From Myxococcota bacterium (GTDB lineage Bacteria; Myxococcota_A; UBA9042; PHBI01; JAWLBL01), in NCBI GenBank assembly GCA_041687695.1, contig JAWLBL010000001.1, positions 32,001-96,000 on the forward strand: a DNA stretch of 64,000 nucleotides. The letters are read 5' to 3'. The first letter of the stretch is position 1; every line of letters starts with the position of its first letter. Both the position numbers and the translations under genes were made by a program. Shown here in pieces: positions 18,983 to 28,635 of this stretch. Below the pieces are notes generated by a model that was not told where the DNA came from, did not search any database, and saw only the letters and a program-made list of their open reading frames with translations.

Positions 18983-19318
18983 ATGGCGGAGCGAGACGAC
19001 ACGACGAAGCCGGCCGAGGACGCGATCGACGAGCCGACCCACTACCAGGGGCTGGTGCGCGTCCGCGCCGTCAACTCGGTGACCGAGATCATCGCCCGGC
19101 CCGAGCCCCCCCAGCGCGATCCCGACGAGCCGCCGCCGCCCAAGCCCAACTTCCATCGGGAGATGGTCATCGTCGCGGCGCCGGGCCCCGCCGAGCCCGA
19201 GGAGCCCAAGCCCAAGCCGAACCTCCGCAACGACTTCGTGGTGCTGTCGCCGCACCGGACGCGGACCAAGGTGGCGCCCAGCATCGGCAGCATGCCGGTC
19301 CCGGGCGGGCGCAAGTAG
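18983..19318 (+). CDS. Small Pro-rich hypothetical protein
   Basis: CTGACA-N17-TATGCT promoter-like, GAGGAGG SD, GC3-biased codons; internal repeat KPNF/KPNL..VV. Confidence 0.65.
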   Translation: MAERDDTTKPAEDAIDEPTHYQGLVRVRAVNSVTEIIARPEPPQRDPDEPPPPKPNFHREMVIVAAPGPAEPEEPKPKPNLRNDFVVLSPHRTRTKVAPSIGSMPVPGGRK

Positions 19319-19329
19319 CCGCCGCGGGC

Positions 19330-19503
19330 GCGCTCCGCCTCGCTCGGGCGGGGTGCCGGCGGCCCTACTTCTCGAGCTCGGCCAGGGCCTCGTCGATGGC
19401 CCGCTGCAGGCTGCCTGCGCTCCGCCTCGCTCGGGCGAGGTGCCGGCGGCCCTACTTCTCGAGCTCGGCCAGGGCCTCGTCGATGGCCCGCTGCAGGCTG
19501 CCT
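19330..19503. repeat. 87-bp tandem duplication including last ~17 codons and stop of the FG-GAP/TPR gene
   Basis: Copies 19330-19416 and 19417-19503, one mismatch (gggg vs gagg). Confidence 0.93.
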
Positions 19504-20801
19504 TCCATGCCGGGCTCACCGCGGCGGGCCCGTAGGAAGGCGATGCCCTCCTCGCGCTTGCCGACCAGGCGCACGGCGTTGTGGAAGCTGGCGATGCCGC
19601 TCGAGCGCTCGGCCAGCTGCACGAAGCTGACCCCGGCCCACCACCAGGCCTGCCGCAGCTGCGGGTCGACGGTCAGCGCCCGGATGGCGTAGTCCAGGAC
19701 CGGCTCCCAGCGGTCGGCCGCGGCGTGGATCTGCGCGAGGCCCAGCAGGACCTGGGGCTCGTAGGGGAAGAGGCGGTCGAGCTCCTCGAGCTTCTTGCGG
19801 GCCGCCGTGTGCTGGTCCTTCTGGAGCTGCGACAAGGCCTGCACCAGCTTGCGCTCGAAGTCGGCGGGCTTCTTGACGTGCTCGAGCACGCCGGCGCGGA
19901 CCCGGCGCATGGCCTCGACCTTCTCGGTCAGGATGGCCTGCTTGGCGTCGTAGTGGTCGATGAGGTCGCCCAGCAGCGCCGGCAGGGTCTGCTCGTCGTG
20001 GTAGCGCGGAAAGCGCCGATCGGCCGGCGAGAACTGCGCCCCGTCCCACTGGTGCAGGTGATCGATGTACGTCCACTGGTAGGCGGGGCCGCGGCGGCCG
20101 ACGCGCTCGCGAACGACGATCTCGGGGCGTCCGTTGGAGTCGAGATCGACGTAGTGGATGGAGTCGTTGTGCTTGACCGCCAGCGAGACGAAGCCGCCCG
20201 CCGCGAAGCCGATGAGCTCGTGGAACTGGTAAGCGCCCTGGCGGCCGGCCTCTCCGCTGACCAGGATCTCGGGGGCGCCGTCGCCGTTGAGATCCCGCAC
20301 GTCGACCACCCGGTAGCGCTCGCCCGGGAGCTTGTCGCTGCTCCAGACCGCGCGGTAGCCCGCCTCGCCCAGCTCGAGGACGGTCACGGCGTAGCGCCGA
20401 CCGTCCTCGAGCTGGGCCGGCTCGGCGACCAGAACCATCTCGGGGACGCGGTCGCGGTCGAGGTCGACCCGGTAGACGCTGACGAGCTCGGCGGGCGCCC
20501 GATGCGGGAAGCGCGCGGTGACCTCGGACGCCTTGACGAAGCGGCCCTTCTGGTCCTTGTCCATCCAGTTGGCGGACTGGAAGCGGAAGAGGACGGCCGT
20601 GGGCTCGGCCAGGACGGCCTCGGCCTCGGCGCCGCGCAGGCGGTAGGGCTCGCCGTCGTTGAAGCCGAGGACGTCGAGGTCGTAGCGGACGGACTGCCGC
20701 TTGGGCTTGGGCGCGGCGGACGCGGGCGACGGCAGGGCGGGCACGGCGAGCGCCGCGACCGCCACCAGGGTGGCCGCCCACGCGCGCGCGCCGCGGCTCA
20801 T
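19452..20801 (-). CDS. Secreted FG-GAP-repeat/TPR protein
   Basis: Signal peptide; DLDRDRVPE, DLNGDGAPE, DLDSNGRPE; C-terminal TPRs. Confidence 0.75.
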   Translation of the reverse strand: MSRGARAWAATLVAVAALAVPALPSPASAAPKPKRQSVRYDLDVLGFNDGEPYRLRGAEAEAVLAEPTAVLFRFQSANWMDKDQKGRFVKASEVTARFPHRAPAELVSVYRVDLDRDRVPEMVLVAEPAQLEDGRRYAVTVLELGEAGYRAVWSSDKLPGERYRVVDVRDLNGDGAPEILVSGEAGRQGAYQFHELIGFAAGGFVSLAVKHNDSIHYVDLDSNGRPEIVVRERVGRRGPAYQWTYIDHLHQWDGAQFSPADRRFPRYHDEQTLPALLGDLIDHYDAKQAILTEKVEAMRRVRAGVLEHVKKPADFERKLVQALSQLQKDQHTAARKKLEELDRLFPYEPQVLLGLAQIHAAADRWEPVLDYAIRALTVDPQLRQAWWWAGVSFVQLAERSSGIASFHNAVRLVGKREEGIAFLRARRGEPGMEGSLQRAIDEALAELEK

Positions 20802-21010
20802 GCCGAGGTCCCCGACCGGGGCTCCGGCGTCTCGGCGGGCGCCTCGGCCGGCGCGGGCGCGGCCGAGGCGGCGGCGCGGCGGGCGGCCAGCTGGCGGCGG
20901 CGCTCCTCCTCCTCGAGGGCGACCAGGGCCGAGCGGCGCCCGATGACGAGCCCGATGACCAGGCCGACGATCAGGATGAGCGGGATGTAGAAGAGATGGC
21001 CGGTGGTCAC
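20798..21010 (-). CDS. Small single-TM protein at end of ccm operon
   Basis: MTTGHLFYIPLILIVGLVIGLVIGRR; overlapping start/stop with both neighbours. Confidence 0.7.
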   Translation of the reverse strand: MTTGHLFYIPLILIVGLVIGLVIGRRSALVALEEEERRRQLAARRAAASAAPAPAEAPAETPEPRSGTSA

Positions 21011-21369
21011 GAGGCCTTCTCCCGGACGCTGGCGACGCGCTCGCGCAGCTCGTAGACGTCGGCCAGGAGTCGGCGCTGGCCGCGGCGGACGACGAAGAGG
21101 AACGAGACGAGCACGATCCACAGGGCGAGGTAGGCGGCGCCGAGGTAGGGCACGCCGACGGCGTCGGTCTTGCAGGCCTCGAGCTGGCGGTCGCACTCGG
21201 CGAGCATCGCCCGATAGTCGCCCTGGGCGGGCGCGGTGGCCTGGGCGACCGGCTCGGCCTGGAAGGTCTTCGACTCGGCGAAGGCCGCGGGCGCGGCGAG
21301 GGTCAGGGCCAGGGTGATGGCGACCGCGGCGAGGGGCGCCGATAGGGCGCGGAGCAGCTTTGGCATCAT
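21007..21369 (-). CDS. ccmD: CcmD-family heme exporter protein with N-terminal extension
   Basis: YLGAAYLALWIVLVSFLF..RRGQRRL..DVYELR; ATGA-coupled to ccmC. Confidence 0.7.
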   Translation of the reverse strand: MMPKLLRALSAPLAAVAITLALTLAAPAAFAESKTFQAEPVAQATAPAQGDYRAMLAECDRQLEACKTDAVGVPYLGAAYLALWIVLVSFLFVVRRGQRRLLADVYELRERVASVREKAS

Positions 21370-22166
21370 CGGCGCTCGTCCTCCAACTCGGAGAGCTCGA
21401 GAAACAGGCCTTCCGTCTCGTCGCGCAGCTTGTGGTGCTGGTAGCGGAGGAAGACCAGGTAGCCCACGAGGGTGAAGATCGCGATCAGGCTGACCACGAA
21501 GGTCGTGACCATGTCGGGGTGCGCGAGGCCGCCGCCGTTGCCGGTGATCACGGTCGGGTGGTTGCCGCCCCACTTCTCGACGGCGATGTGGATGAGGTAG
21601 GTCGCGGGGGCGCCGATGGTGGCGATGCCGGCGCTGAGGCGGCGGCCGGTCTCGTCGCCGGCCGCGTAGCCGCGCAGGGTCAGGTAGCCGATGAAGAGGA
21701 AGACCGTCAGCAGCGTGAGGGTCAGCCGCGGCTCCCAGGTCCAGTAGGCGCCCCAGGCGGGCTTGGCCCAGATGGGCCCGGTCACGAGCACGATGATGCC
21801 GAAGAGGACGCCGATCTCGCCCATGGCGCCGGCGAGGCGGTCGGCGGCCTGCGCGAGGGGGCCGAAGCCACGCATCCGGCGCATCACCAGGTAGCCGACC
21901 GACATCAGCGAGCAGGTGAAGAAGAGCAGGAGCGTGATGATGGCGCTGGGGACGTGGAAGTAGAAGATGCGATAGACCTCGCCCATCTGCGCTTCGCGCG
22001 GCGAGTGGAAGAACGTCAGCCAGATGGCGGCCAGGACCAGGGCGCCGACCACGAAGGGCATCCAGATGACGCCCTGGCCGCGGCGCGGCGCGGCGCGGGC
22101 GCGGTCGGGCGGTGACGGCGCGGACGCGGCCACCGGCGGGTGGGCGGGCTGGGCGGACGGAGACAT
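21366..22166 (-). CDS. ccmC: Heme exporter protein C
   Basis: RIFYFHVP, TGPIWAKPAWGAYWTWEPRLT (WWD domain), W..NHP. Confidence 0.95.
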   Translation of the reverse strand: MSPSAQPAHPPVAASAPSPPDRARAAPRRGQGVIWMPFVVGALVLAAIWLTFFHSPREAQMGEVYRIFYFHVPSAIITLLLFFTCSLMSVGYLVMRRMRGFGPLAQAADRLAGAMGEIGVLFGIIVLVTGPIWAKPAWGAYWTWEPRLTLTLLTVFLFIGYLTLRGYAAGDETGRRLSAGIATIGAPATYLIHIAVEKWGGNHPTVITGNGGGLAHPDMVTTFVVSLIAIFTLVGYLVFLRYQHHKLRDETEGLFLELSELEDERR

Positions 22167-22323
22167 GGTTGTCCTTCAGACCTGCTGATGCGTCGCCCCG
22201 GAGGGGGCGGCCAAGGCGCGTCCCAGAGAAATGGCCGCCGCTATAGCACGCGCAAATTTAGCGGTCGACATCGGGGGGAGGAACCGGCCGCCGGCGGCGG
22301 CCATTCCGGGGGGCGAGGGTCGA

Positions 22324-23004
22324 TCAGTCCATCATGACGCGACCGAACACCCAGGGCGGGACGATGAGGTAGAGCAGATCGAAGCCGATCATCAGCTCGA
22401 GCCAGCCGCCGGCCTCCTCGGGGAGGCCGCCGCCCATCGCGATGGAGGTCAGCTTGACGCCGGCGATGATGACCGGGACGACCACGGGGTAGACGACGAC
22501 CGGGACCAGGACCTCGCGGAGGCGGGCGTTGGCCAGCATGGCGCCGAACAGGGTGCCGACCAGGGCGAAGCCGAGGGTGCCCAGGACCATCGCGCCGACG
22601 AGCAGGCCCAGGCCGCCGGGCGGCGGGCCGAGGCCGATGAAGGCGAAGATGAGCGGCGTCGTCAGCAGCTCGGCCGCGAGGACGAACAGGAACAGGCCCG
22701 CCACCTTGGCGATGTAGACCGCCTTGGGGCCGCCGGGGGCGAGCAACAGCGCGTCGAGGCAGCCGTTGTCGCGCTCGCGGTCGAACAGGCGGGTGAGCCC
22801 GAGGGTGCCCGAGAAGAGGATGACGACCCACAGGATGCCGGGGCCGACCAGACGGGCGCGCGTCTCGTCGACCGAGAAGGCGAAGGCGAAGACGACCACG
22901 AGCAGGATCGAGAACAGGACCATGGTCGCCAGCACCTCGCGGGTGCGCAGCTCGATGACGAGGTCCTTCTTGAGGATGAGCCAGACGGTGCGGGCCAGGG
23001 TCAC
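22324..23004 (-). CDS. ccmB: Heme exporter protein B
   Basis: ILKKDLVIELRTRE, FDRERDNGCLDALLLAP, multi-TM. Confidence 0.95.
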   Translation of the reverse strand: MTLARTVWLILKKDLVIELRTREVLATMVLFSILLVVVFAFAFSVDETRARLVGPGILWVVILFSGTLGLTRLFDRERDNGCLDALLLAPGGPKAVYIAKVAGLFLFVLAAELLTTPLIFAFIGLGPPPGGLGLLVGAMVLGTLGFALVGTLFGAMLANARLREVLVPVVVYPVVVPVIIAGVKLTSIAMGGGLPEEAGGWLELMIGFDLLYLIVPPWVFGRVMMD

Positions 23005-23693
23005 GCGGCGGCCTCCTGGGCGCGCAGGCGGCCTGCGTCGAGGACGAGGACGCGGTCGGTCACCCGGGCGACCGACTCGGGGTCGTGGGTGACCAGGGCG
23101 ATGGCGCGCCCCTCGGCCTTGCCGCGGGCCAGGACGTCCACGAGCAGCGCGCGGCCCTGCACGTCGAGGCCCGTGGTCGGCTCGTCGAGCAGCCAGATGC
23201 GCGCGTCCTGGGCCATCAGGCGCGCCAGGGCGAGGCGCTGCACCATGCCGCGCGAGTAGGTGCGGGCCGGGCGGTGGGCCGAGGCCCGCAGGCCGACGAA
23301 GTCCAGCAGCTCGGTGAGGCGGGGCTCGTCGGCCGGGCGGCCGTAGAGGCTGGCCATGAAGCGCAGGTTCTCGACGCCTGTCAGCTCGGGGTAGACGAAC
23401 GGCAGGTGCCCCAGGATGCCCAGCTGCTGGCGCAGGGCGGCGCGGTCGGGCGGGTCGTGCAGATCGGCCCCGAAGGCCAGCACCTGCCCTTCGTTGGGGC
23501 GCAGCTGGCCAGACAGCAGGCCCAGCAGGGTGCTCTTGCCGGCGCCGTTGTGGCCGAGCAGCGTCGTGACCGTGCCCGCGGGGAAGGCCACGTCGACGCG
23601 GCGCACGGCCCAGCGCCGGCCGAAGCGGCGCGAGACGTCGCGGGCCTCGAGGAGGACGTCGAGGACGCGCTCGGCCCCGTCCGCCTCAGCCAT
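23001..23693 (-). CDS. ccmA: Heme ABC exporter ATP-binding protein
   Basis: GHNGAGKS Walker A, YSRGM, LLDEPTTGLD; coupled to ccmB. Confidence 0.93.
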   Translation of the reverse strand: MAEADGAERVLDVLLEARDVSRRFGRRWAVRRVDVAFPAGTVTTLLGHNGAGKSTLLGLLSGQLRPNEGQVLAFGADLHDPPDRAALRQQLGILGHLPFVYPELTGVENLRFMASLYGRPADEPRLTELLDFVGLRASAHRPARTYSRGMVQRLALARLMAQDARIWLLDEPTTGLDVQGRALLVDVLARGKAEGRAIALVTHDPESVARVTDRVLVLDAGRLRAQEAAA

Positions 23694-24798
23694 CCCGGCG
23701 GCGCCCCACGAGCAGCAACAGCCCGAAGGCGACCACCGCGACCAGGCCGCCCGCCAGCGCCACGCCGCGCTGCACGTCGAGGCCGCGCGGCAGGCGGTCG
23801 ATCCGCAGCAGGGCCATCTGGCCGGCCGTCGGAGGCGTCTTCCAGCGCATCAGGCGCTGCACGTTGCCGCCGGCGGCGCGCTCGGCCACGGTGAAGGGCG
23901 CGGCCGGGAAGATGCGCGGGGCGACGCGCTCGTTGAAGGCCGTCGAGACGATGAGGCGGCTGAGGTCGACCGGCGCCCGCAGGGCCAGGTCGAGGCGGTC
24001 GTGGACCATCGGGATGGCGAAGCGGACCTGCAGGGACAGGGGCTCGCCCGGCACGATCGGGCCGCGGTAGGCGACGCCGCCGCCCTCGAAGCTGAACCGG
24101 CCCCGGTCCGGGTCGCGGCGGAGGCTCATGTGGCGCGCCGAGGTCGCGGGCGGCAGCAGGCCGGGGTCGAGGGCCTGGTCGAAGGCCGCCGGCAGCAGGA
24201 GCGGCAGGCGCAGCCCCCGGGCGGCCGCCTCGAGGTCGACCACGCGCGGGCCGCGGTTGGTCACGGTGAAGGTCTGCTCGACGATGAGATGCGCCTCCTG
24301 GACCTCGAAGCCCGAGAAGACGTCGAGGGACAGGTCGTCGAGCGCGGTCGTCGGCTCGTAGACGCGCAGGAGCGTCGGGGGCGCGCCGTGCGGCGAGCGG
24401 GCCACATCGGCGCGGAAGCTGACCCCGCGATAGATGACCGTGGCGACCCAGGTGGCCGTCGTGCCGGGCTGGGTGTCGTCGGGGAAGCGGACGCGGCCAT
24501 GGGCGTCGGTGCGCTGGGCGAAGGCCGCGTCGAGGCGCGGGCCGCCGGACGCGCTGGTCGCGCTGGGCGGCGGTTGGATCCAGCGCTCGAGCACGACCTC
24601 GGCGCCTTCGAGCGGCGCGACGGGGCCCTCGGGAGAGACGCGCTGGACCTCGACCTGCAAGCCGGCGGCGGCGGGCGCGCCGTGGGAGGCGGACGGCATC
24701 GGCGGGTGGCCGGCCGGCATCCCGCCGGGCAGCGCCGAGGCGCCGAAAGGGACGCAGAGGAGCCCGACGAGGGCGGCGGCGGCGAGCAGACGCGTCAC
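23686..24798 (-). CDS. Periplasmic C-terminally anchored ccm-associated protein of unknown function
   Basis: Signal peptide, MPAGHPPM motif, TDAHGRVRF (carboxypeptidase-regulatory-like), C-terminal TM + RRR. Confidence 0.7.
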   Translation of the reverse strand: MTRLLAAAALVGLLCVPFGASALPGGMPAGHPPMPSASHGAPAAAGLQVEVQRVSPEGPVAPLEGAEVVLERWIQPPPSATSASGGPRLDAAFAQRTDAHGRVRFPDDTQPGTTATWVATVIYRGVSFRADVARSPHGAPPTLLRVYEPTTALDDLSLDVFSGFEVQEAHLIVEQTFTVTNRGPRVVDLEAAARGLRLPLLLPAAFDQALDPGLLPPATSARHMSLRRDPDRGRFSFEGGGVAYRGPIVPGEPLSLQVRFAIPMVHDRLDLALRAPVDLSRLIVSTAFNERVAPRIFPAAPFTVAERAAGGNVQRLMRWKTPPTAGQMALLRIDRLPRGLDVQRGVALAGGLVAVVAFGLLLLVGRRRDG

Positions 24799-25115
24799 GA
24801 GAGGGCCTCCGTGGGCCGGCCGTGCGCGTCGAGGGCCGCCATGAGGCGGACCGCCTCGTGCTCGTAGAAGCTGCGCAGCTCCTCGTAGTCGCGCTCGTCG
24901 AGCTTGCCCATGCGGAACTCGTGCTCGAGATCCTTGAGCGTGGTCAGGGCGCGATCGCGCGCGTCCTCGAGGGCGATGCGGTCGGCGTCCTCTCGGGCGA
25001 CGCGGGCGCTGGCGGCGCTGTCGCCCCAGCTGCGGGCGAGGCGCACCACCATGGCGGCCACGACCAGCAGGACGGCGGCGAGCATCGGGGTGAGCAGCAG
25101 GGTGGGCAGCGACAT
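24795..25115 (-). CDS. CcmI N-terminal-like small membrane protein
   Basis: TM then ALTTLKDLEHEFRMGKLDERDYEELR, the CcmI/CycH N-terminal helix motif. Confidence 0.72.
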   Translation of the reverse strand: MSLPTLLLTPMLAAVLLVVAAMVVRLARSWGDSAASARVAREDADRIALEDARDRALTTLKDLEHEFRMGKLDERDYEELRSFYEHEAVRLMAALDAHGRPTEALS

Positions 25116-25119
25116 CGGT

Positions 25120-28100
25120 TCAGCTCCCCTCGAAGGCCTCGAGCTCGTCGTCGAGGCGCGCGCGCTGCGCGTCGGAGAGGGCGCCGGCGCGCTGGCCCTG
25201 GGCCTGGCGGTCGCTGCCGACGTGCTGGCCGGGCGAGGCGGCGGCGAGGCGGCGGCGGCGCCCGACCCGGACCATCAGGACGATGAAGGCGGCGGCGAAG
25301 CCGGCGATGAGCGCGGCCGGGAAGGCCCAGCTGAGGGCCTTGTCCGGGTGGGCGCGGAGATCGTCATACGTCCAGGGCTCGCCCTCGGCCGACGTGACGT
25401 TGTTCTCGTCGACGTAGAAGCGGAAGACCTGCTCGGCGGGCACGCCAGCGGCCAGCATGACGCGGAAGCGCGGCAGCCACTTGTTGCGGACGGTGCAGGC
25501 GAGCTGGCTCTGCGACAGGACGAGCCCGCGCTCGCCCGGGCAGGTCGTCTTGGTGGTCGTCTTCAGGTGATCGTAGGCCGCCGTGTCGTAGCGCAGGCGC
25601 TCGTCCCAGCGCTGGTCGAGGGCGACGAGCTCGTACAGGACGTCCAGCTTGGCGCGGCCGGAGCGCTGGTCGGCCTCGGGCCGCTTTCGGACCAGCTCGG
25701 TCACCAGGGCCCGGTCCTGCTCGGCCTTGGGGCTCGCGCAGCCCGGGTCGCCCAGCGGGAGGACGCGCATCGCCTCGGTCGTGCCGGCGGGGCCGCAGGA
25801 CAGGGCCGCCAGGGCGTCGCCGACCGCGTCGCCGTCGGGGGGCGCGGCCATGCCGCGGGGCTCGGGCAGCGCGTCACCGTGGGCGTGGGCGGGCGGGGCC
25901 GCGGTCAGCGCGAGGGCGGCCAGGGCCGCGGTCAGCGCGAGGGCGGCGGCCTCGGCCACCGGGAGCCGGCGGCGCGAGCGGGTCATCGCGATGAGGGTGC
26001 GCGACAGCCACCGCGGCGTCAGGCAGATGATCGTGCCGAAGACGAGCGTGATGCCGCCCAGCCACAGGAGGCTGACCAGCGGGAAGACGACGGTGAGCAG
26101 GTTCACCGACGGCTGGGCGAAGCCGGCGATGGTGCCCATGTCCATGCGCGGGCGGATGGCGAGGTACAGGTCCTCCCACGGGAGCGAGGAGATGCCCGCC
26201 TCGGTCGTCGGCGTCTCGTGCTTGGCGTAGTAGCGCACCTCGGGGACCAGGTGCGTGCCGGTGCGGCGGTCGATGAGCTCGATGGCGCCGCTGTCGGGGT
26301 CGAAGCCGCCGTGCAAGAGCGTGTCGGGGACGGTCGCCTGGGCCACGCGCTGCTGGAAGGCGGCGGCGGCGGCGGGCGCGTCGAAGGTCAGCGCGAGCTC
26401 GGTCGAGCCGGGGGTCAGCTCGACCCGGGCGCCGATGGTCGAGCCCGGCCCGAGCGCGACGCGGGCCTCGCGCAGCGCCTGCATGGCCAGCATCGGCATG
26501 ACGCGCAGCAGGCCGTCGTCCTGCAGGCGATAGGTCAGGCGGGCGCCGCCGTCGGCGACGAGGGCGAAGTGGTCCCGGAAGTCCTGCGCCAGCCACAGAT
26601 CGTCGCGCAGCCGATCGCGGGCGTCGACGTCGGCGACGCGGACGCGGATCTTGGGGCTGTCCAGGCGCGTCTCGACGTGGAACGGGACGGTGAGGCGGGT
26701 CTGCAGCCAGGCGACGGTGTCGTTCACCTCGCGGTCGGCGACGGTCTCGCCCTCGTGCATGATCGTGAAGGTCGCGCGCAGGGCGGCGAACCCGCCGTCG
26801 GGGTCCCAGGCCTGCGTGCGATCGGAGAAGGTCAGCCGGTAGTCGCGGGCGGGCAGCTCCTCGCCGACGGCGATGAGGCGCTCGGGATCCTCGGACTTGA
26901 AGACCTTTCCGGTGAAGCCGACGAACATCAGCATCACGCCGAAGTGGATGATGTAGCCGCCGTAGCGCCGCGGGTTCTTGAAGGTCAGCGCCAGGACGCT
27001 CGCCAGGTAGCCGTCGTCGCCCTTGCCCTCGCGGACGCGGGCGCCGATGTGGAACTCGCGGGCGATGGTCCAGCCGACGAAGACGCAGAACAGGTAGCAC
27101 AGGACCGTGTAGACGTCGGCCAGCACCAGGCTGTCGGCCCAGTTGTCGTAGGCCTGCCCCATGGTCAGCTCGTACAGGTCGGCGATGCGGCGGATGCTGA
27201 AGAACGACCAGACGGCGGCGCCGATGGCCGTGATGACCAGCGAGCCGGCCAGGGGCCTGCGGAAGTTGCGCTCGAAGTTCTTGGCGGTGGCGCGGCGCCA
27301 CGAGATGAGCGGACCGACGCCCATCAGGAACAGCAGGACCAGGCCGATGGGCGCCATGACGCGGTTGAACCACGGCTCGTCGAGGCTGACGGCCTGCGTC
27401 AACAGATCCAGCTCGCCCAGGACCAGGCCGAGCGAGGCGTTCCAGCCGCCGGCGACCTGGTTGTAGATGGCGCGGACGCTCTCGGCTTCGCTGATCTTGG
27501 GAAAGAGCGTGCCCCACAGGACGATGAAGGCGCAGCCGACGAGGAAGACGTTGTTGAGGACGAAGAAGCTCTCGCGGCTGAGGAACGACTCGATGCGCGC
27601 CTCGCCCTCGAGGGCCTTCCAGCGCCAGGCGATGAGGATGACCGACACGATGGCCAGGACGATCATGTAGCCGATGAAGTACTCGGCCAGGGTCGAGTCG
27701 GCGAAGGCGTGGATGCTGTCGATGAGCTGGCTGCGCGTGAGGAAGGTGCCGAAGATGGTCAGCAGGAAGGTCAGGCAGACCAGGACGGCGTTCCACCGCT
27801 TGAGCATGCCGTAGCGCTCCTGGATCATCACCGAGTGCAGGAACGCGGTGCCCGTGAACCAGGGGATGAGGCCGGCGTTCTCGACCGGGTCCCACATCCA
27901 CCAGAAGCCCCAGCCGATCTCCTGATAGGCCCACAAGGCGCCGAGCAGCAGGCCGACGGACAGAAAGGCCCAGGAGACGATGGACCAGCGGCGGGTGTCG
28001 GTGATCCACTGGTCGTCGAGCTTGCCCGTGACCAGGGCCGCGGCGCCGAAGGCGAAGGGGATGGTGAAGGTGATGTAGCCGGTCAGCAGGCTCGGCGGAT

Positions 28101-28617
28101 GGAAGGCCATCGTCGGGTTCTGGAGCAGGGGGTTGAGCCCCTTGCCGTCGGTCGGCCCGCCGGAGGTCGCGAAGGTCTCGAACGGGCTCGACTCGAAGAC
28201 CATCAGGACGTTGAAGAAGAACAGGCACAGCATCAGGACCGCGGTGACCCAGGCCATGTAGACCGGGGCGCGCTCGCGGTTGGTGTGGATGGCGATGGCG
28301 CTGAAGATGGCGAGCGAGGTCACCCAGAACAGGAGCGCGCCCTTCTCGCCGCCCCAGAACGAGGCGAGGAGGTAGAGCGTCGGCATCGACCGGTCGGAGT
28401 AGGTCGCGATGTACTTATTGGAGAAGTCGTGGGTGAGGAAGCCGTGGGTGAGCACGATGGCCATGGCCACGGCGAGCCACGCGACCCCGTAGGCGCCCCA
28501 GCGGGCGCCGCGCATGAGGGCGTCGTTACGGGAGACGGCGCCCGCGATGGCGGTGAGCGCCGTCAGGAGCGTGACGAAGAAGCTGACGAGGAGCAGCAGC
28601 TGGCCGAAGTCCTGCAT
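25120..28617 (-). CDS. ccmF: Heme lyase CcmF fused to CcmH-like domains, with large insertion (1165 aa)
   Basis: FWGGEKGALLFW, GLNPLLQN..MAFHPP, GALWAYQEIGWGFWWMWDPVENA, LTRS...SIHAF, RRYGGYIIHFG; extra C-terminal region. Confidence 0.93.
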   Translation of the reverse strand: MQDFGQLLLLVSFFVTLLTALTAIAGAVSRNDALMRGARWGAYGVAWLAVAMAIVLTHGFLTHDFSNKYIATYSDRSMPTLYLLASFWGGEKGALLFWVTSLAIFSAIAIHTNRERAPVYMAWVTAVLMLCLFFFNVLMVFESSPFETFATSGGPTDGKGLNPLLQNPTMAFHPPSLLTGYITFTIPFAFGAAALVTGKLDDQWITDTRRWSIVSWAFLSVGLLLGALWAYQEIGWGFWWMWDPVENAGLIPWFTGTAFLHSVMIQERYGMLKRWNAVLVCLTFLLTIFGTFLTRSQLIDSIHAFADSTLAEYFIGYMIVLAIVSVILIAWRWKALEGEARIESFLSRESFFVLNNVFLVGCAFIVLWGTLFPKISEAESVRAIYNQVAGGWNASLGLVLGELDLLTQAVSLDEPWFNRVMAPIGLVLLFLMGVGPLISWRRATAKNFERNFRRPLAGSLVITAIGAAVWSFFSIRRIADLYELTMGQAYDNWADSLVLADVYTVLCYLFCVFVGWTIAREFHIGARVREGKGDDGYLASVLALTFKNPRRYGGYIIHFGVMLMFVGFTGKVFKSEDPERLIAVGEELPARDYRLTFSDRTQAWDPDGGFAALRATFTIMHEGETVADREVNDTVAWLQTRLTVPFHVETRLDSPKIRVRVADVDARDRLRDDLWLAQDFRDHFALVADGGARLTYRLQDDGLLRVMPMLAMQALREARVALGPGSTIGARVELTPGSTELALTFDAPAAAAAFQQRVAQATVPDTLLHGGFDPDSGAIELIDRRTGTHLVPEVRYYAKHETPTTEAGISSLPWEDLYLAIRPRMDMGTIAGFAQPSVNLLTVVFPLVSLLWLGGITLVFGTIICLTPRWLSRTLIAMTRSRRRLPVAEAAALALTAALAALALTAAPPAHAHGDALPEPRGMAAPPDGDAVGDALAALSCGPAGTTEAMRVLPLGDPGCASPKAEQDRALVTELVRKRPEADQRSGRAKLDVLYELVALDQRWDERLRYDTAAYDHLKTTTKTTCPGERGLVLSQSQLACTVRNKWLPRFRVMLAAGVPAEQVFRFYVDENNVTSAEGEPWTYDDLRAHPDKALSWAFPAALIAGFAAAFIVLMVRVGRRRRLAAASPGQHVGSDRQAQGQRAGALSDAQRARLDDELEAFEGS

Positions 28618-28635
28618 CTACGGCGGCCCCCCGGC

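Noticed and set aside
26257..26739. CcmF insertion as an intein
   Set aside because: No N-terminal Cys/Ser block or C-terminal His-Asn motif; lies in a periplasmic domain.
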